From positions 1 through 64,000 of the forward strand of contig JAHLWZ010000041.1 of NCBI GenBank assembly GCA_020536535.1: a stretch of 64,000 nucleotides of DNA, in the 5' to 3' direction. This DNA is from Pelomyxa schiedti (Eukaryota > Protista > Evosea). Made by a program: the position numbers and the translations under genes. Below, piece by piece: positions 61,459 through 64,000 of the stretch; position 1 is the stretch's first letter, and each line of letters starts with the position of its first letter. Under the pieces are notes generated by a model. That model saw only the letters and a program-made list of their open reading frames with translations. It searched no databases and was not told the DNA's origin.

Positions 61459-63902
61459 TCAGTTGAAAAGGGAGGCACTAACAGAGCCCGTGACACTCAG
61501 CGGCTCCCTGCACAGAGGGCAGCGCAGCTGCCTAGAGCCCTGCGCAGCCCCGACGAGCTGCTGGGCACACTCGAGGTGCAGGGGGTGCCCGCAGGGCAAG
61601 GTAGCGATCGGGGGCACCAAGCCCCGCAGGGCGGACACGGCTTCCGCGGTGGGCTTGGAGCCGGCCTGCGTGGCCTCCTCGCTGAAGTCCTCCAGGCACA
61701 GGGGGCAGGTGGCGCCGGCGGCGAGGAAGCACTTTGCCGGCGCCGCGGTCTCGATGGCCTCGATGGCTTCCGCGGTGGTGACCTGCGCCACGGGCTCCGG
61801 GCGCCTGCCGCAGCACGAGTCCTCCTCCGCGGTGTTCAGGTGCCTGGCTGGGTACACTGTTGAGGAGGAGCAGCAGCCTGAGCCGGACATGATGGCGAAG
61901 GTGTCACTGTTCTCGGCGGCCCAAGGGACGAGGTAGCCTATGGCCAAGAGAGGTCCAACGAATGATGGCATGTAAGGGATTGCTCCGGCAACCTGCAGTA
62001 TCAGGAAAGGAATCACACACGCCTTGGCTGCTGCCCTCAGGGCCATGGCAATGTCATTGAAGGTGCGGACTCTGATAGTACTGCTTGCACCGCCACAGAC
62101 TTGATCGGGATTGAAATACGGCCAGTAATCAAGGCGCGGAACAAACCAGCCACACTGTGGGCAAGCATTGGAAACTACGCCTCCACCACGTCTTTCCATG
62201 TGGTGTGAAGTGAGCATGTTGCATCCCGTGTAATCAACTGACAGGAAGGTTAATGTAATGCAACACGAGTTGTTTGGATACCTGGGCCAAATGTGCATCT
62301 TCCACACTGCCTGGGGTCGTTCATCCCTCCAGCAAGACCAGTAACGAGGGATGTATCCTCGGGAATGTACCATGTTCGTGGCCATACTGTAAACATCAGT
62401 TGCCACACCAAGTAAAATATCATTGTCTGTGAAAGGCATATTGCAACCACAGCAAGAGTAGAATCTGTGGATTCGGAAAGAGAACAGCTTTGTAGTACTC
62501 CAAATTGTGAAGCAATAACACGGAGCACAAATACGAAGCCGGTAAAGACCTTTGTGTAAAAGAACGTGAAGTACGTTCCGACAGGGGTGCAATAGCCGAG
62601 TATCAGAAGGGAAATATTCGCAAAGAATGTCAAGATAAGAGCTGGTAAAGGGTTTCGCGTAGCAAAACGCCCCAGTTCCTCCAGGACCGCCCAACATAAT
62701 CGTGCAATTGTGCCCTGCCGAATCTTCCATACAATCCATTTAAGGACAATGAACGGGATGCAGAGAGCGTGGGACATTTGACCCAGCACAGCACAGAGAG
62801 TACCATACCTAAGTGGGTCCAACCCAGTCAGCCGCAGAATTCTTCCCACTCCGTGGATGGCCAAAACAAGAGTCGTCAGCCCCGAGCAGACAGAGCAAAA
62901 TACCTGAGCCGCACACAGCACAGGGTTCACAGTAGTGGCCAAGGAGCGGTACGCCGACCTAGCCATGAAGAAGGTGAGCAGCGACGTGGCCGCGGGCACG
63001 GCCATAGGCGACACAGTCCTCCACACCGGCTTGAACACGTACTCCTGGGCCAGGACAGCCGCAGGGTGGTAGTTCACCAGGTACCACGCCCTGAGCGCAA
63101 AGTCCCTGACGTGGGGCCACACCCTGGTCGCGAACAGCCACACGCTCCCGGCCGCCGCGGCCGCGACCTTGAGCACCGCGGCGCAGGCGCGGCCCACGGC
63201 GTCCCAGAAGGACTCGGGGGTGACCGCCGCCACCAGCAGCGGGACCGACGCGGCGCAGAGCAGCGCGGGGCTCGCGGCGAACCCGGCGGCGCGCAGGCGG
63301 CTCGCGGTGACCCAGCAGGCCAGGCTGCCCGAGGCCAGCGAGTAGCGGAGGATGAAGGAGACGCCGAACCGGCCGCGGAGCGAGGCTTCCGTGACCAGCA
63401 CCACGAAGGCGCCGACGGCGAAGAGCGTGCCGAGCATGGTGCGCTCCGCCGGGTAGATGCGCTCGAGGCCGCCGAGCCAGCACAGCAGGGACGCGCCGAG
63501 GTCGAAGAGGTAGAGCCCAGTGTAGGCGTAGAGGAGGCGCTCCGGGACGCGCAGGGCGGCGAGGGCGACGGCCACGAGGGTGACGGTGACGGTCGACATG
63601 ATGCCGAAGAGCAGGGTGCCCTGCGCAACCATGAGGAACCCGGGCGACCCGCGCATTATGGGAGCGAGGAAGGGGAGGAAGCAGCGGAGGGGCAGGTTGA
63701 GTGCATCGAGGAGGATGTAGTAGAGAACAACCGGTATCGAAAACACCAAATCCCCCACTACCATTTTTTGAAAATAATGATCACTGGGCTCAAGGGGCTT
63801 CTTCTCAAAAACATCGAATAAAGCTGTATTGACAAGTGCCTGCAGTCGTGTCACCCCAAAGGTATTTTCTTTTGAATTCAGAAACAAGCACTTCTTTTTC
63901 AA
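61459..63902 (-). CDS. Multi-pass membrane protein with IBR-like Zn finger and C-terminal RING-H2 (putative E3 ligase); start may lie beyond the window
   Basis: More than 10 hydrophobic segments in ORF 62250-63902; one intron gives CGRCTFGP|VDYTGCNMLTSHH...NACPQCGW; RING CPLCLEDF...LPCGHPLHLEC...CPLCR. Confidence 0.82.
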
Positions 63903-64000
63903 ATCTTCGCAGAAATTTGTTGTGTGTAATAGGCACTGTATTCTGTGTACATTTCAGCAGCTGCGTCACCACCGAGATGAAGCCGGCTATCTGGGCTATC

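Noticed and set aside
62769-63821. Long opposite-strand or alternate-frame ORFs (also 61384-61936, 33050-33805, 50877-51447, 28157-28936)
   Set aside because: These are shadow ORFs caused by high GC or low-complexity sequence over real genes; they have no domain signal.
1-64000. tRNA, rRNA or autonomous transposase/reverse-transcriptase genes
   Set aside because: None recognised by eye. A tRNAscan-SE, Infernal or RepeatModeler run would be needed to exclude them.

Overview
Gene-dense eukaryotic genomic DNA, not prokaryotic. It uses the standard genetic code, has many short GT-AG introns (about 30-90 nt, often with a CTAAC-type branch site), and has two 100-N scaffold gaps. SH2-domain TKL (SHK-type) kinases, a Stealth protein and a C2+WW protein point to an amoebozoan, possibly an archamoeba such as Pelomyxa; this is inference, no search was run. 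About 20 intron-containing genes can be reconstructed by eye. Signalling: a myristoylated LRR-pseudokinase, a HAMP-class III cyclase, two SH2-TKL kinases, a TKL+3xSH3 kinase, a DH-PH-DH RhoGEF and an Ig-fold+IPT/TIG+ankyrin putative transcription factor. Ubiquitin and trafficking: F-box, USP16/45-like, TBC1D13-like, C2+WW, SAM-SAM-U-box, RabGGTase alpha and a multi-pass RING protein. Other: an ICMT-family methyltransferase, Stealth, FKBP-TPR, YbjN-like, a nucleoside hydrolase and a DUF3592-like membrane protein. Most notable: (1) seven consecutive, exactly 69-nt, phase-symmetric LRR exons in an apparently catalytically dead kinase; (2) an intergenic array of identical 37-bp cores, each framed by a unit-specific, compensatory hairpin and bounded by imperfect inverted repeats; (3) an NF-kB/Spt23-like domain architecture; (4) several intron-bearing genes of bacterial-type families; (5) abrupt 70-78% GC islands inside single ORFs. 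All exon boundaries were placed by hand and some gene ends are approximate.
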